This document shows positions 32,061 through 40,673 of a DNA stretch of 60,730 nucleotides, piece after piece. Each line of letters begins with the position of its first letter. Position 1 is the stretch's first letter. Source of the DNA: a virus (lineage: Duplodnaviria > Caudoviricetes); the IMG/VR virus record IMGVR_UViG_3300028844_003505, positions 1 through 60,730 of that record; one strand, 5' to 3'. The translations under genes were made by a program, and so were the position numbers. The notes under the pieces were generated by a model. That model was given only the letters and a program-made list of their open reading frames with translations, searched no databases and was not told the DNA's origin.

Positions 32061-32822
32061 ATGAATATAAAATTGATGTCTGATATTCATTTGGAATATA
32101 ATCCAAAAACAATGTTTCAAGCCTATGTGGGTTCTGGAGAAACTCTGATTTTGGCTGGGGATATTACAGATACCCATAATATAAAACGAGATTTTGAGTG
32201 GATTACTTCTCTGGACTATGAACACATTATTTTTGTATGTGGAAACCATGAATTTTATCACGGCGATTTGCAGGAAACCCGAGAAAAGATTTCTGATATT
32301 GCCTCTAAATGGAACAAACTCCATTTCTTAGATAATGATACGGTAGAGATTGATGGTATAAAATTCATAGGCACGACCTTATGGACTAATTATGATAATG
32401 AAAATCCTGTGGTTGAAACAGCTTGTATGAAAATTATGAATGATTTTTATGTGATTGATAATGGGGCAAGAGGGGTGTCTATCGAAGATTTTAAAAATGA
32501 AAATAAAGTAGCAAAGAAATTTCTTACAGACGAATTAACGAATTTAGAAAATCCTGAAAAGACGGTAGTGATTACACATCATACACCATCATGGAGATCG
32601 TGTTCCAAAGAATTCCAAGGTAGTTTAGTTAATGGGTCTTTTCATAATAAACTTGACGAATTGATAATGGACACACAACCTAAATATTGGTGTCATGGTC
32701 ATACTCATTCAGTTATGGATTATAATATTGGAGACACGAATGTAATGTGTAATCCTTTAGGGTTACGTGATATTCAAGATTCTAATACAGGGTTTAACAT
32801 CAACTGGAGTATAAATATATAA
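32061..32822 (+). CDS. Calcineurin-like metallophosphoesterase
   Basis: SDIHLE, LAGD, GNHEFY, THH, HGHTH motifs. Confidence 0.9.
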   Translation: MNIKLMSDIHLEYNPKTMFQAYVGSGETLILAGDITDTHNIKRDFEWITSLDYEHIIFVCGNHEFYHGDLQETREKISDIASKWNKLHFLDNDTVEIDGIKFIGTTLWTNYDNENPVVETACMKIMNDFYVIDNGARGVSIEDFKNENKVAKKFLTDELTNLENPEKTVVITHHTPSWRSCSKEFQGSLVNGSFHNKLDELIMDTQPKYWCHGHTHSVMDYNIGDTNVMCNPLGLRDIQDSNTGFNINWSINI

Positions 32823-32823
32823 C

Positions 32824-33396
32824 ATGGCTACTATTACAACATCATCTGGCAATATATTAAAGGATGGGGAATTATGTACTATAGCTTCTACTGATATACT
32901 ACAGATGGCTTCTGGGTCTACATCGGTAACATTTAATATTGATTATGAGGGAACTGTTAAAGGAAATTATATTATGAATAACTCGAAAAAGGTGAATGAT
33001 GCATTAGAAAAAGAATTACAAAATGTTATTGGGTTTACGATGTCTCAAGTATTAATGAAATTTCAAAATGATTCTTGGAGTGTAGCGGCTGTTGACCATT
33101 CGATACACGATGCACAAGAATCAAAAAACCATGCTATGAAACATTCTCCGGCTGGAACTAAGTTTCAAATCTTTTCATTTCCTAATGTAAATGGGAAAAT
33201 TAGTATCGATGATCTAGAAAATATAAAGATATCACCTAAAGATAATATATCTAATGAAGATATCACAGAATTAACGAATATAAAAGAACTGGCAGATCAA
33301 GTAGTTTGTTGTGATGATGAATTTTGTATGTCGTATCAATTGGAAAAAAATACTAACTGGTTATTAACATTTATTGAAAAATATTTTAAAATATGA
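32824..33396 (+). CDS. Hypothetical protein
   Basis: 190-aa ORF after TATAAATA at 32810. Confidence 0.6.
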   Translation: MATITTSSGNILKDGELCTIASTDILQMASGSTSVTFNIDYEGTVKGNYIMNNSKKVNDALEKELQNVIGFTMSQVLMKFQNDSWSVAAVDHSIHDAQESKNHAMKHSPAGTKFQIFSFPNVNGKISIDDLENIKISPKDNISNEDITELTNIKELADQVVCCDDEFCMSYQLEKNTNWLLTFIEKYFKI

Positions 33397-33577
33397 AAAA
33401 TAAAAAAACAAAAAAAGAATTTTCCGAAACACTAATGTCTATAAAATTGAAGGAAGCAATTGATAATATTGCAAAAGAGAAATTAAATAATCTTTCTAAG
33501 AAGGATGAATATTTTAAACGATTGAAAGATATACAAGACAATAAAAAATAATTATTAATAGGGAATGGAGACTGTAA

Positions 33578-35170
33578 TTGAAATATATAAAATTTAGTGA
33601 AGTACAAAAAGAAATATTAGATGTATATATAAAATTATTTAAGAAGGATAGAATACGTCCGGCAACTTCTCAATTGCGGGAAATGGATGTAACTAAAGAT
33701 AGAATAAAAAGACATTTCGGGAATATGTCTAAGTTGTTTGAAGCTAGTAAAATATATGATCCTGATTTTCATAAAACATTATTTGATGATAGTAAATTTT
33801 TATCAGAAAAATATTTTGCAACGATAAAGAAAAAGGTAAAGAAACATAAGAAATTTGTAGTAACTACGGCGATATCTTGTTGTGATATCAACAAACAATT
33901 TTTAGAAACTATAGAAAATTATTGTAAACTCAATAACGCCTTGTTATTAATAATTCCTGTTTATGATAATACCAATAACATCAATCAAAATTTTGATCCT
34001 CTATTGAATAATAAAAATATCGTTTCTAATGAACTACTTCTAAATTCTAATGTGTGTATAAGTGATATTAAAATATCTCCAAAATTTGTCGATCCAGTAA
34101 CTAGTTTAGATCGTCTTGGAAATAGAGATCATTCATTTATATATGGCTCACCAAAACAAAGACTAACATTTGTACCAAACGAGAATGATAAATATCCATT
34201 AGCATTGATGACTACAGGTGCTATCACGAATCCTTCTTATTTAACAACATCATCTAAAAATACTAAATCATCTTATATGGCTAAGAATGATCATATTATG
34301 GGTGGGGTAATTATTGAATTAATAGATGATAAATTTTTTCACTTCAGACAAATTCAACTGGATGATAGTGGAGGTTTTTATGATTTGGGTAAATACTATA
34401 ATAAAAAACGGGTTAAGAAAAATAAAGCATCTGCTTTTGTGCTTGGAGATTATCATTCTGGGGAAACGGATAAAGTCGTTGATTCTTGTTGGAAAGAAGT
34501 CATCAAAGAAGTAGGTGTAAAAAATTTAGTATTGCATGATGCTTATAATGGATTATCTATTAATCATCATGATCAACATAAAATAATTACATTAGCTAAA
34601 AAAGCAAATAATAATAAATTGAATTTAAAAAATGAAGTAAAGCAATTATCAGATGATCTTAATAAATTATCTCCGTTGGTAGATAATATCATAATTGCAA
34701 AATCTAACCATGACGAAGTATTGGCTAGATATTTACAAGAATGTAGATTCCGACACGATCCAGAAAATTTTGAATATGCTTTGGAACTTGCATTGGAGAT
34801 GGTTCGACATAATGATCCATTGAAATATGCAGTAGAAAATCAAGGATTAAATAATAAAAAGAAAATACAATGGTTGAAGCGAGATGAAAGTTTTAAAATA
34901 TGTGGTATAGAGTTGGGAGATCATGGAGACAAAGGTTCAAATGGTTCTTATGGTAATTTAAAGCAAATGGAACGAGCATATGGTAATTCTGTTACCGGAC
35001 ATACGCACGTACCAGAAATATTACGTGGTGCATTTAGAGTAGGAACTTCCAGTATATTTGATTTGGATTATAAGAGTGGGTTATCTAGTTGGATGCATAC
35101 ATCATGTCTTGTATATCCAAACGGGAACCGACAATTAATAAACGTGATTAATGGTACTTGGAAGTTATAA
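33578..35170 (+). CDS. T5 A1-like protein (N-terminal HTH-like region + metallophosphoesterase/nuclease)
   Basis: KKFVVTTA, MTTGAIT, FHFRQI, LGDYH, LHD..G.SINHH, SNHD, HGD, GHTH, SSWMH motifs. Confidence 0.7.
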   Translation: MKYIKFSEVQKEILDVYIKLFKKDRIRPATSQLREMDVTKDRIKRHFGNMSKLFEASKIYDPDFHKTLFDDSKFLSEKYFATIKKKVKKHKKFVVTTAISCCDINKQFLETIENYCKLNNALLLIIPVYDNTNNINQNFDPLLNNKNIVSNELLLNSNVCISDIKISPKFVDPVTSLDRLGNRDHSFIYGSPKQRLTFVPNENDKYPLALMTTGAITNPSYLTTSSKNTKSSYMAKNDHIMGGVIIELIDDKFFHFRQIQLDDSGGFYDLGKYYNKKRVKKNKASAFVLGDYHSGETDKVVDSCWKEVIKEVGVKNLVLHDAYNGLSINHHDQHKIITLAKKANNNKLNLKNEVKQLSDDLNKLSPLVDNIIIAKSNHDEVLARYLQECRFRHDPENFEYALELALEMVRHNDPLKYAVENQGLNNKKKIQWLKRDESFKICGIELGDHGDKGSNGSYGNLKQMERAYGNSVTGHTHVPEILRGAFRVGTSSIFDLDYKSGLSSWMHTSCLVYPNGNRQLINVINGTWKL

Positions 35171-35260
35171 TTATGATATTTTTTGATTATTCTGATATTT
35201 TACGAAAAAATGTTATATAAATATTAGGTACAATAACTTTAACTTTTACAGGAGAGTACA

Positions 35261-35371
35261 ATGGAATGGCTTAAAAGTATGTACGAAATGTGGAAAGAAC
35301 ATCCGATAGAATGTGGCGCAACTGCTTGTGTTGGATATGCTATTTCCTGCATTGTTGGGTTAATACTATAA
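35261..35371 (+). CDS. Unannotated 36-aa late membrane peptide
   Basis: TATAAATA at 35216, AGGAG RBS, MEWLKSMYEMWKEHPIECGATACVGYAISCIVGLIL. Confidence 0.6.
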   Translation: MEWLKSMYEMWKEHPIECGATACVGYAISCIVGLIL

Positions 35372-35497
35372 AAAAATAAGAATAGGAATATATATATATC
35401 ACAGTATATATTCCTATTCCAACTACTGTTAAAGTTAAACTAGAAATTAATATAATATAACTTAAAAATATAAACACAAAAGAGGATTCATACAAAA

Positions 35498-37657
35498 ATG
35501 ACTTTATGGGGAACAAACACATCGGCTGTACTTGCTTCAGCTAATATCAAAATAGAAACACAACCTGTCGCTGGTGATATTGTTAGAATTGGTGCTGATC
35601 CAGCAAATACACTTACCTATCAGTTTGTAGCATCCTCTCCCGGTGCGACTGCTGGTGGAATTGTTCAAGTTCTGATCGGATCAGATGTAAATGATACTAC
35701 CGATAATCTTGTATCTGCTATTTCTGATGCTGGTGTGGGTGGTGGTGTTGAAGGTACAGATTTTGGAGTTACCACAACAGCACATTCAGAAGTTACACCA
35801 ACATGGCCCGGATCAGTAAATATTATTACTTTAACTGCGGTTGCGGGTGGACGATTAGGAAGAGAAGTTAAATTATTTTCTTCATCTGAAGGAATTGCTT
35901 TAGATGCGGAAAGACTTCAAGGTGGGATTAATGCTGATGAAGGGAAACCAAAAAATTATAGTACTCCAGAAAAATCATTGATATTTGGTTCTGAATCTGG
36001 ATGGTCAAAACGAGTACATATATCCTCACGAGCAGAACAGGAGTTACCTTTTGTAACGATTCCTGCTGACACAGAAACAGTTGTAATTGGAGCCAAAACT
36101 TATACATTCCAAACAACGTTGACTGATGTAAATGGAAACGTACAAATCGTAGCTGGTAATATTGATGCTACTGTAGAAAATCTTGTTCGAGCTATCAATC
36201 TAACTGGAACTCCCGGTACAGATTATGCAACTTCGATGACAAAAAATACAGATGTTACGGCGGTTAAATCCACAAATAACATCCTGAAAATTTCTGCTAT
36301 CGATAGTGGAACTCGATCAAATGGACTAGCTCTTTCAGCTACTACAACGGATGGTTGGACACAAGTTGCGCTTGAAGGTGGACAAAATTTCAGAGGATCA
36401 CCTGCTAAAGGCGAATTGACATTTTCTGGAAATCCAGCAAATGGAGAAACCGTTTCTATTGATCAAAGAGATGGAAGTGCTAAAGTTTATACTTTCCAAA
36501 CTGTATTGACTGATTCAGATGGTAATGTTCATAGAGGTGGGGATGCAACAGCATCAATGAATAATTTAATAAATGCTATTAATCTTGGTGCGGGTGCGGG
36601 AGTTGATTATGCTACTTCTACAACACTTCATAATTTAGCTAAAGCTTCACGAAGTAATAAAGTTGGTGATATCATGAACATCGAAGCTAAGGAAATTGGA
36701 GACCATGTTAACCAAGGAAACTTAACAGAGACTGGCGCAAATTTAGCATGGACAAATGCAACATACACTGGTGGTCATACTGAAAAAGAAGTTCTAGTTG
36801 ATATTGGTGGATTGGATGTTACATTAGGGGTTGTAAACGTAACTGGAATTACTCTTACTAATGTACCTGCCGATAAACAATATTCAAATACAACTCTTGA
36901 TAAAATTATTGTCCGGGTTGCATATAATGAAAAAGTTGTATACAACGGAGTGGGATCGCCAACAGTTGGTCTAACATTCTCTGGTAATGATCCAGCGCAA
37001 AGTGTAACAGCATCAATTATATCCGTTGCAGGACAAGCATTGCCATACATGGAATTTGAATATGTGGTAGGAGCTATTGGAGTTCAAGCCACAGAAACAT
37101 TTAGTATTCCAAACAACAATTTTGTTAATAACGAAACAATCACAATTAATTCTGTTGTGTATACATTTAAAACTACATTGACTCCTGCAAATGGAGAAAT
37201 TTTAATTGGAGCAACTGCCGCCGAAACTAGAGACAATATTGTAAGCGCAATTGAAGGAACAACAGCAGGGGCTGATGTAACTTATGGTGTGGGTGCATCT
37301 TCTCCACACGGAACAGTTACGGCAGTTGCCGATGGAGCCGATGTAGATATTACGGCGGTTGATCCGGGTACTGGACCAAACTCATTTGGTACAACGGATA
37401 CAATTACCGATGCTGGATTGATTTGGGGTGCGGCATCAATGTCTGGTGGAACAAATGGAATATTCGCTCTTGCGGGTGAAGTTGCATTGAACGGAACTTC
37501 TATTACTCTTGGTGGTGGTGGAATTTTTGAAGCAGATAGCGAAGGTGTTGCAACTGCACAAGCTGTACCAAATGACTTTACGGCTGGTGGTGCTGATGGA
37601 GCAACAAATATTGTTACGCCATTCAATGCGAGTGTTGCAGAAGTTCTAGTTAATTAA
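35498..37657 (+). CDS. Large virion surface/decoration protein with four internal repeats
   Basis: MTLWG start; repeated (N)ETV.I...YTFQT.LTD..GNV..G......NL..AI units; Gly/Thr/Ala-rich. Confidence 0.7.
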   Translation: MTLWGTNTSAVLASANIKIETQPVAGDIVRIGADPANTLTYQFVASSPGATAGGIVQVLIGSDVNDTTDNLVSAISDAGVGGGVEGTDFGVTTTAHSEVTPTWPGSVNIITLTAVAGGRLGREVKLFSSSEGIALDAERLQGGINADEGKPKNYSTPEKSLIFGSESGWSKRVHISSRAEQELPFVTIPADTETVVIGAKTYTFQTTLTDVNGNVQIVAGNIDATVENLVRAINLTGTPGTDYATSMTKNTDVTAVKSTNNILKISAIDSGTRSNGLALSATTTDGWTQVALEGGQNFRGSPAKGELTFSGNPANGETVSIDQRDGSAKVYTFQTVLTDSDGNVHRGGDATASMNNLINAINLGAGAGVDYATSTTLHNLAKASRSNKVGDIMNIEAKEIGDHVNQGNLTETGANLAWTNATYTGGHTEKEVLVDIGGLDVTLGVVNVTGITLTNVPADKQYSNTTLDKIIVRVAYNEKVVYNGVGSPTVGLTFSGNDPAQSVTASIISVAGQALPYMEFEYVVGAIGVQATETFSIPNNNFVNNETITINSVVYTFKTTLTPANGEILIGATAAETRDNIVSAIEGTTAGADVTYGVGASSPHGTVTAVADGADVDITAVDPGTGPNSFGTTDTITDAGLIWGAASMSGGTNGIFALAGEVALNGTSITLGGGGIFEADSEGVATAQAVPNDFTAGGADGATNIVTPFNASVAEVLVN

Positions 37658-37677
37658 AATTATTATTTGGAGGTATT

Positions 37678-38043
37678 ATGTCAGTAGATTTTACAAAATA
37701 TCCTCCACCTTGGGCTAAGGATGCAATCGCAACTAAGTCTGGGTGGATGGATAAACAAACTGGTGAAGTTTTAGTAGCAGTTAGTAATCTTGATTTGAAA
37801 AAACTAAATAAGAAACCTGTTTCTAAAAAACCAAAAGCTAAATTGGTTAAGAAGTCAAAGAAACCTGCAAAATTTTTGGTGACACATCCTGATGGTAAGA
37901 AAGAAAAAATATCAGAATTGAAATCATTTGCAGAACAACATGAGCTACAACCAACTCACCTATACAAGGTGATATCTGGTAAATTAAAGCACCATAAGAA
38001 CTTTAAAATCAGTAAAATTGGGGCGAAAACTAAAGATAAATAA
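37678..38043 (+). CDS. Conserved T4-like basic protein
   Basis: PPWAKDAIATKSGWMDKQTGEVLV motif plus a NUMOD/HTH-like C-terminus. Confidence 0.55.
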   Translation: MSVDFTKYPPPWAKDAIATKSGWMDKQTGEVLVAVSNLDLKKLNKKPVSKKPKAKLVKKSKKPAKFLVTHPDGKKEKISELKSFAEQHELQPTHLYKVISGKLKHHKNFKISKIGAKTKDK

Positions 38044-38108
38044 TTGTATTGACACTAATACTGTATTATGGTACATTATTACTGTATCTAATACTTTATT
38101 AGGAGTCT

Positions 38109-38630
38109 GTGATGTTTAAGAAAGTATTCTTTCTTGTGTTACTGATTTTAACTGTGTTTACAAATACCTGTTTGGGGTTTGATGATCCAGAAGTACCAGA
38201 AGATAAATATATTGTTAGTGTTGATATCGATACGATGCCAGCTAACATAGCATTTTATTATGATACTGATGCAGACGGAACCGTTGATATCATTTTTTAT
38301 TTTCCGTTAGTTTCTCCGGCTCTCAATAGTGCGTATAGTGAAAATCCAAATCCTAAACGATGTAAGTGGAAAACATATGAAGAAGATTTTTACCCAATAT
38401 GCGAATCTGTTATAGATCACGGAGATTTTTGGTTTGTTTATATGGTAGCTCCAACAGTATCGGAACAATCGGTTTATATGGTTATTAAAAAATTTACTGC
38501 ATATGAATATGCGGCAACTCCATCAGGTAACATTCAAGGTGCTGAAAACACGTACAAGGATATTAAAGAATATGATCCTAGTGCTGATCCACAGTATAAT
38601 GAATTGATGGATTTTACAGAAGCCCAATAA
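38109..38630 (+). CDS. Exported acidic protein
   Basis: Signal peptide, DTDADGTVD Ca-binding-like loop, own sigma70 promoter at 38049. Confidence 0.6.
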   Translation: MMFKKVFFLVLLILTVFTNTCLGFDDPEVPEDKYIVSVDIDTMPANIAFYYDTDADGTVDIIFYFPLVSPALNSAYSENPNPKRCKWKTYEEDFYPICESVIDHGDFWFVYMVAPTVSEQSVYMVIKKFTAYEYAATPSGNIQGAENTYKDIKEYDPSADPQYNELMDFTEAQ

Positions 38631-38633
38631 TGA

Positions 38634-39029
38634 ATGAGCAACTTCCAAAATATTACAGACTCTAATTATTTGTTATACGCAATGCGAGGATATGAAAATC
38701 CTCATTGTGTTGATGTTCTAGAATTTGATGAAGACCTAAAGAAAATAAAATATCTCAAAAAATTATTCTCTCTGTATCGAAAAGATGGAGAACTCAAAGA
38801 ACGACTAATCCTAAATCATCTGATTACATTTTTCAATGTATTTGAATTTGAACATGCGATACGGATTCTTTTTTTACGAGTAGACGAATCACATTATTCT
38901 TTACTTAAAAGTTTTTTAGTGTATCTTAATAAAATGCCAGATGAAGTTTGTGGTATAAATGGAAAAAATATCAATCGAGAAGATTTAGTAATCGAAGAAA
39001 ATATATTACAAATATTAAGGAAACTATAA
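38634..39029 (+). CDS. Conserved T4-like hypothetical protein
   Basis: YAMRGYENPHC..EFDEDLKKIKYLK..LKERLILNH motif. Confidence 0.75.
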   Translation: MSNFQNITDSNYLLYAMRGYENPHCVDVLEFDEDLKKIKYLKKLFSLYRKDGELKERLILNHLITFFNVFEFEHAIRILFLRVDESHYSLLKSFLVYLNKMPDEVCGINGKNINREDLVIEENILQILRKL

Positions 39030-39466
39030 TGAAAACATACAAAGAATTGATGGAAGAACTTAATGAAGCTAAAGAAAATCAATTAGCAAATACAGTAAGA
39101 ATTGATCCAAATACAAGTTCATTTCGTAGTGGAGAATCTTTTAAAGGTTATACAGATGCAGATATTGTTGCAACGATAAAACAGAAACACACAAAGGCCG
39201 GAAATTATCAATATTTGTTTAGAATTAAAAACAGTCGTGATAATTCAGAATTCAAACCGGGATCAGGATTTACTTTAGTTAGAATTTCTAATCCATTAAC
39301 ATCTCATGATGGTAGTGCTTCTATTGCCAGAATTGATTTAAAAACTGGTAGAATTTCGTTTGTTGATGATGCACATTATACCGCTACAGACGAAGTGAAG
39401 TGGGAACGATTTTTTAAATTCACTGATTTACTAGTGGTGCAACCTAAATATTTTGGAATTAATTAA
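39029..39466 (+). CDS. Putative internal head protein
   Basis: Likely start MKTYKELMEELNEA, very close to T4 IP capsid-targeting MKTYQEFIAE. Confidence 0.65.
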   Translation: MKTYKELMEELNEAKENQLANTVRIDPNTSSFRSGESFKGYTDADIVATIKQKHTKAGNYQYLFRIKNSRDNSEFKPGSGFTLVRISNPLTSHDGSASIARIDLKTGRISFVDDAHYTATDEVKWERFFKFTDLLVVQPKYFGIN

Positions 39467-40053
39467 TGGCTGGATCATTTGATTTATTTGTTGCATATAA
39501 ATTCATTAAAATATTGACGACACCTTGGGAAGAACAAGAAGCTTTTGCTTTTGGTATCATCGATGACAAAGGAAAATTTCTAAGAAAATCGAGATCACTA
39601 AAGACACGAGAGGAAAGAAATTCTTTTACAGTTTTCCATCGACTTATATTTAACATAAAGAGGTTACTGGAAAAAACTGGAATTGGTAAGTCTAAATTAT
39701 TTACATTTACTGCCGGATTATTCTTACTCAAAGAAGGAAAACTCGACACAACTTTTGAAGATTTGGATTGGACTGAATTTGAAGATATTGATATAAACGA
39801 GTTAGAAAATCAACTACCTTCATTTTTAGACTTCATCAAAGAAGATGCCGAAGTTTTACGAAAGGGTACTTACAAACTGGTAAACGATGTATTTGCTGAT
39901 GAAACCAAAATCGGAAATCTGGGTGATTTGGTAACAGTTCCTAAAAATACCAAGGCTATTGGAAATCTACTAGGTCAACCAGTATTTGATGTATTTCACA
40001 AGAAAACAAAACAACTTATCAAAGTATCTCTTGAAGATATTATCGAGGTATGA
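39466..40053 (+). CDS. Conserved T4-like hypothetical virion protein
   Basis: DLFVAYKFIKILTTPW..AFAFGIIDDKG, FHRLIFNIKRL motifs. Confidence 0.7.
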   Translation: MAGSFDLFVAYKFIKILTTPWEEQEAFAFGIIDDKGKFLRKSRSLKTREERNSFTVFHRLIFNIKRLLEKTGIGKSKLFTFTAGLFLLKEGKLDTTFEDLDWTEFEDIDINELENQLPSFLDFIKEDAEVLRKGTYKLVNDVFADETKIGNLGDLVTVPKNTKAIGNLLGQPVFDVFHKKTKQLIKVSLEDIIEV

Positions 40054-40085
40054 TATGGTTAAAATATTAAATAAAACGAGTTTAA

Positions 40086-40517
40086 ATGAAGACATTTAAG
40101 CAATACCTGTACGAAGCCTGTGATGTTGATAAAGAAGTGACTAGAAGCGATCTCAAGGCGTTAGAACGGCAATTAGATGCCATGTGGAAAGTCCTAAAAA
40201 TCGATATAGAGTTTCCCGGTCACTTTTTCGATAGAATCAATGATCCTAGAAACGATAAGCAAATTACCGTGTGCGATGTGTTTGATTTATTTAAGAAATT
40301 ATTCGGAAAATCTGGTAAGAAAATATCGAATCAGGTATTCAAAATCAAGACCGGAAAAGATTTTCAAGCAGTTGCCAAGGATATAAATACTAATGTGAAT
40401 ATACCATTCACTCTAGAATGGAATCCCAGATCAGAAGAAATGGAACTGATCACAAAAACTATCATTCGAAAAAAGAATTTTAAATCTGCTTCTGATGATA
40501 AGAAATTTGAGGTATAG
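40086..40517 (+). CDS. Capsid-targeted protein, possible BECR-fold RNase
   Basis: MKTFKQYLYEA start; HFFDRINDPRN and KTIIRKKNF motifs. Confidence 0.5.
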   Translation: MKTFKQYLYEACDVDKEVTRSDLKALERQLDAMWKVLKIDIEFPGHFFDRINDPRNDKQITVCDVFDLFKKLFGKSGKKISNQVFKIKTGKDFQAVAKDINTNVNIPFTLEWNPRSEEMELITKTIIRKKNFKSASDDKKFEV

Positions 40518-40673
40518 TTATGGAAAAACAACTCAGTCCAGAATGGTTTGAAGAGACCGACAACGAACCCGAAACTTGGCATGACGAAGAAAATGATAAG
40601 TGGTATTGGGTGTCTGATGGTCATTTTTTCGAATGCAATCCCGAAATAGAACAACCTACAAAAAGAGAGATCG

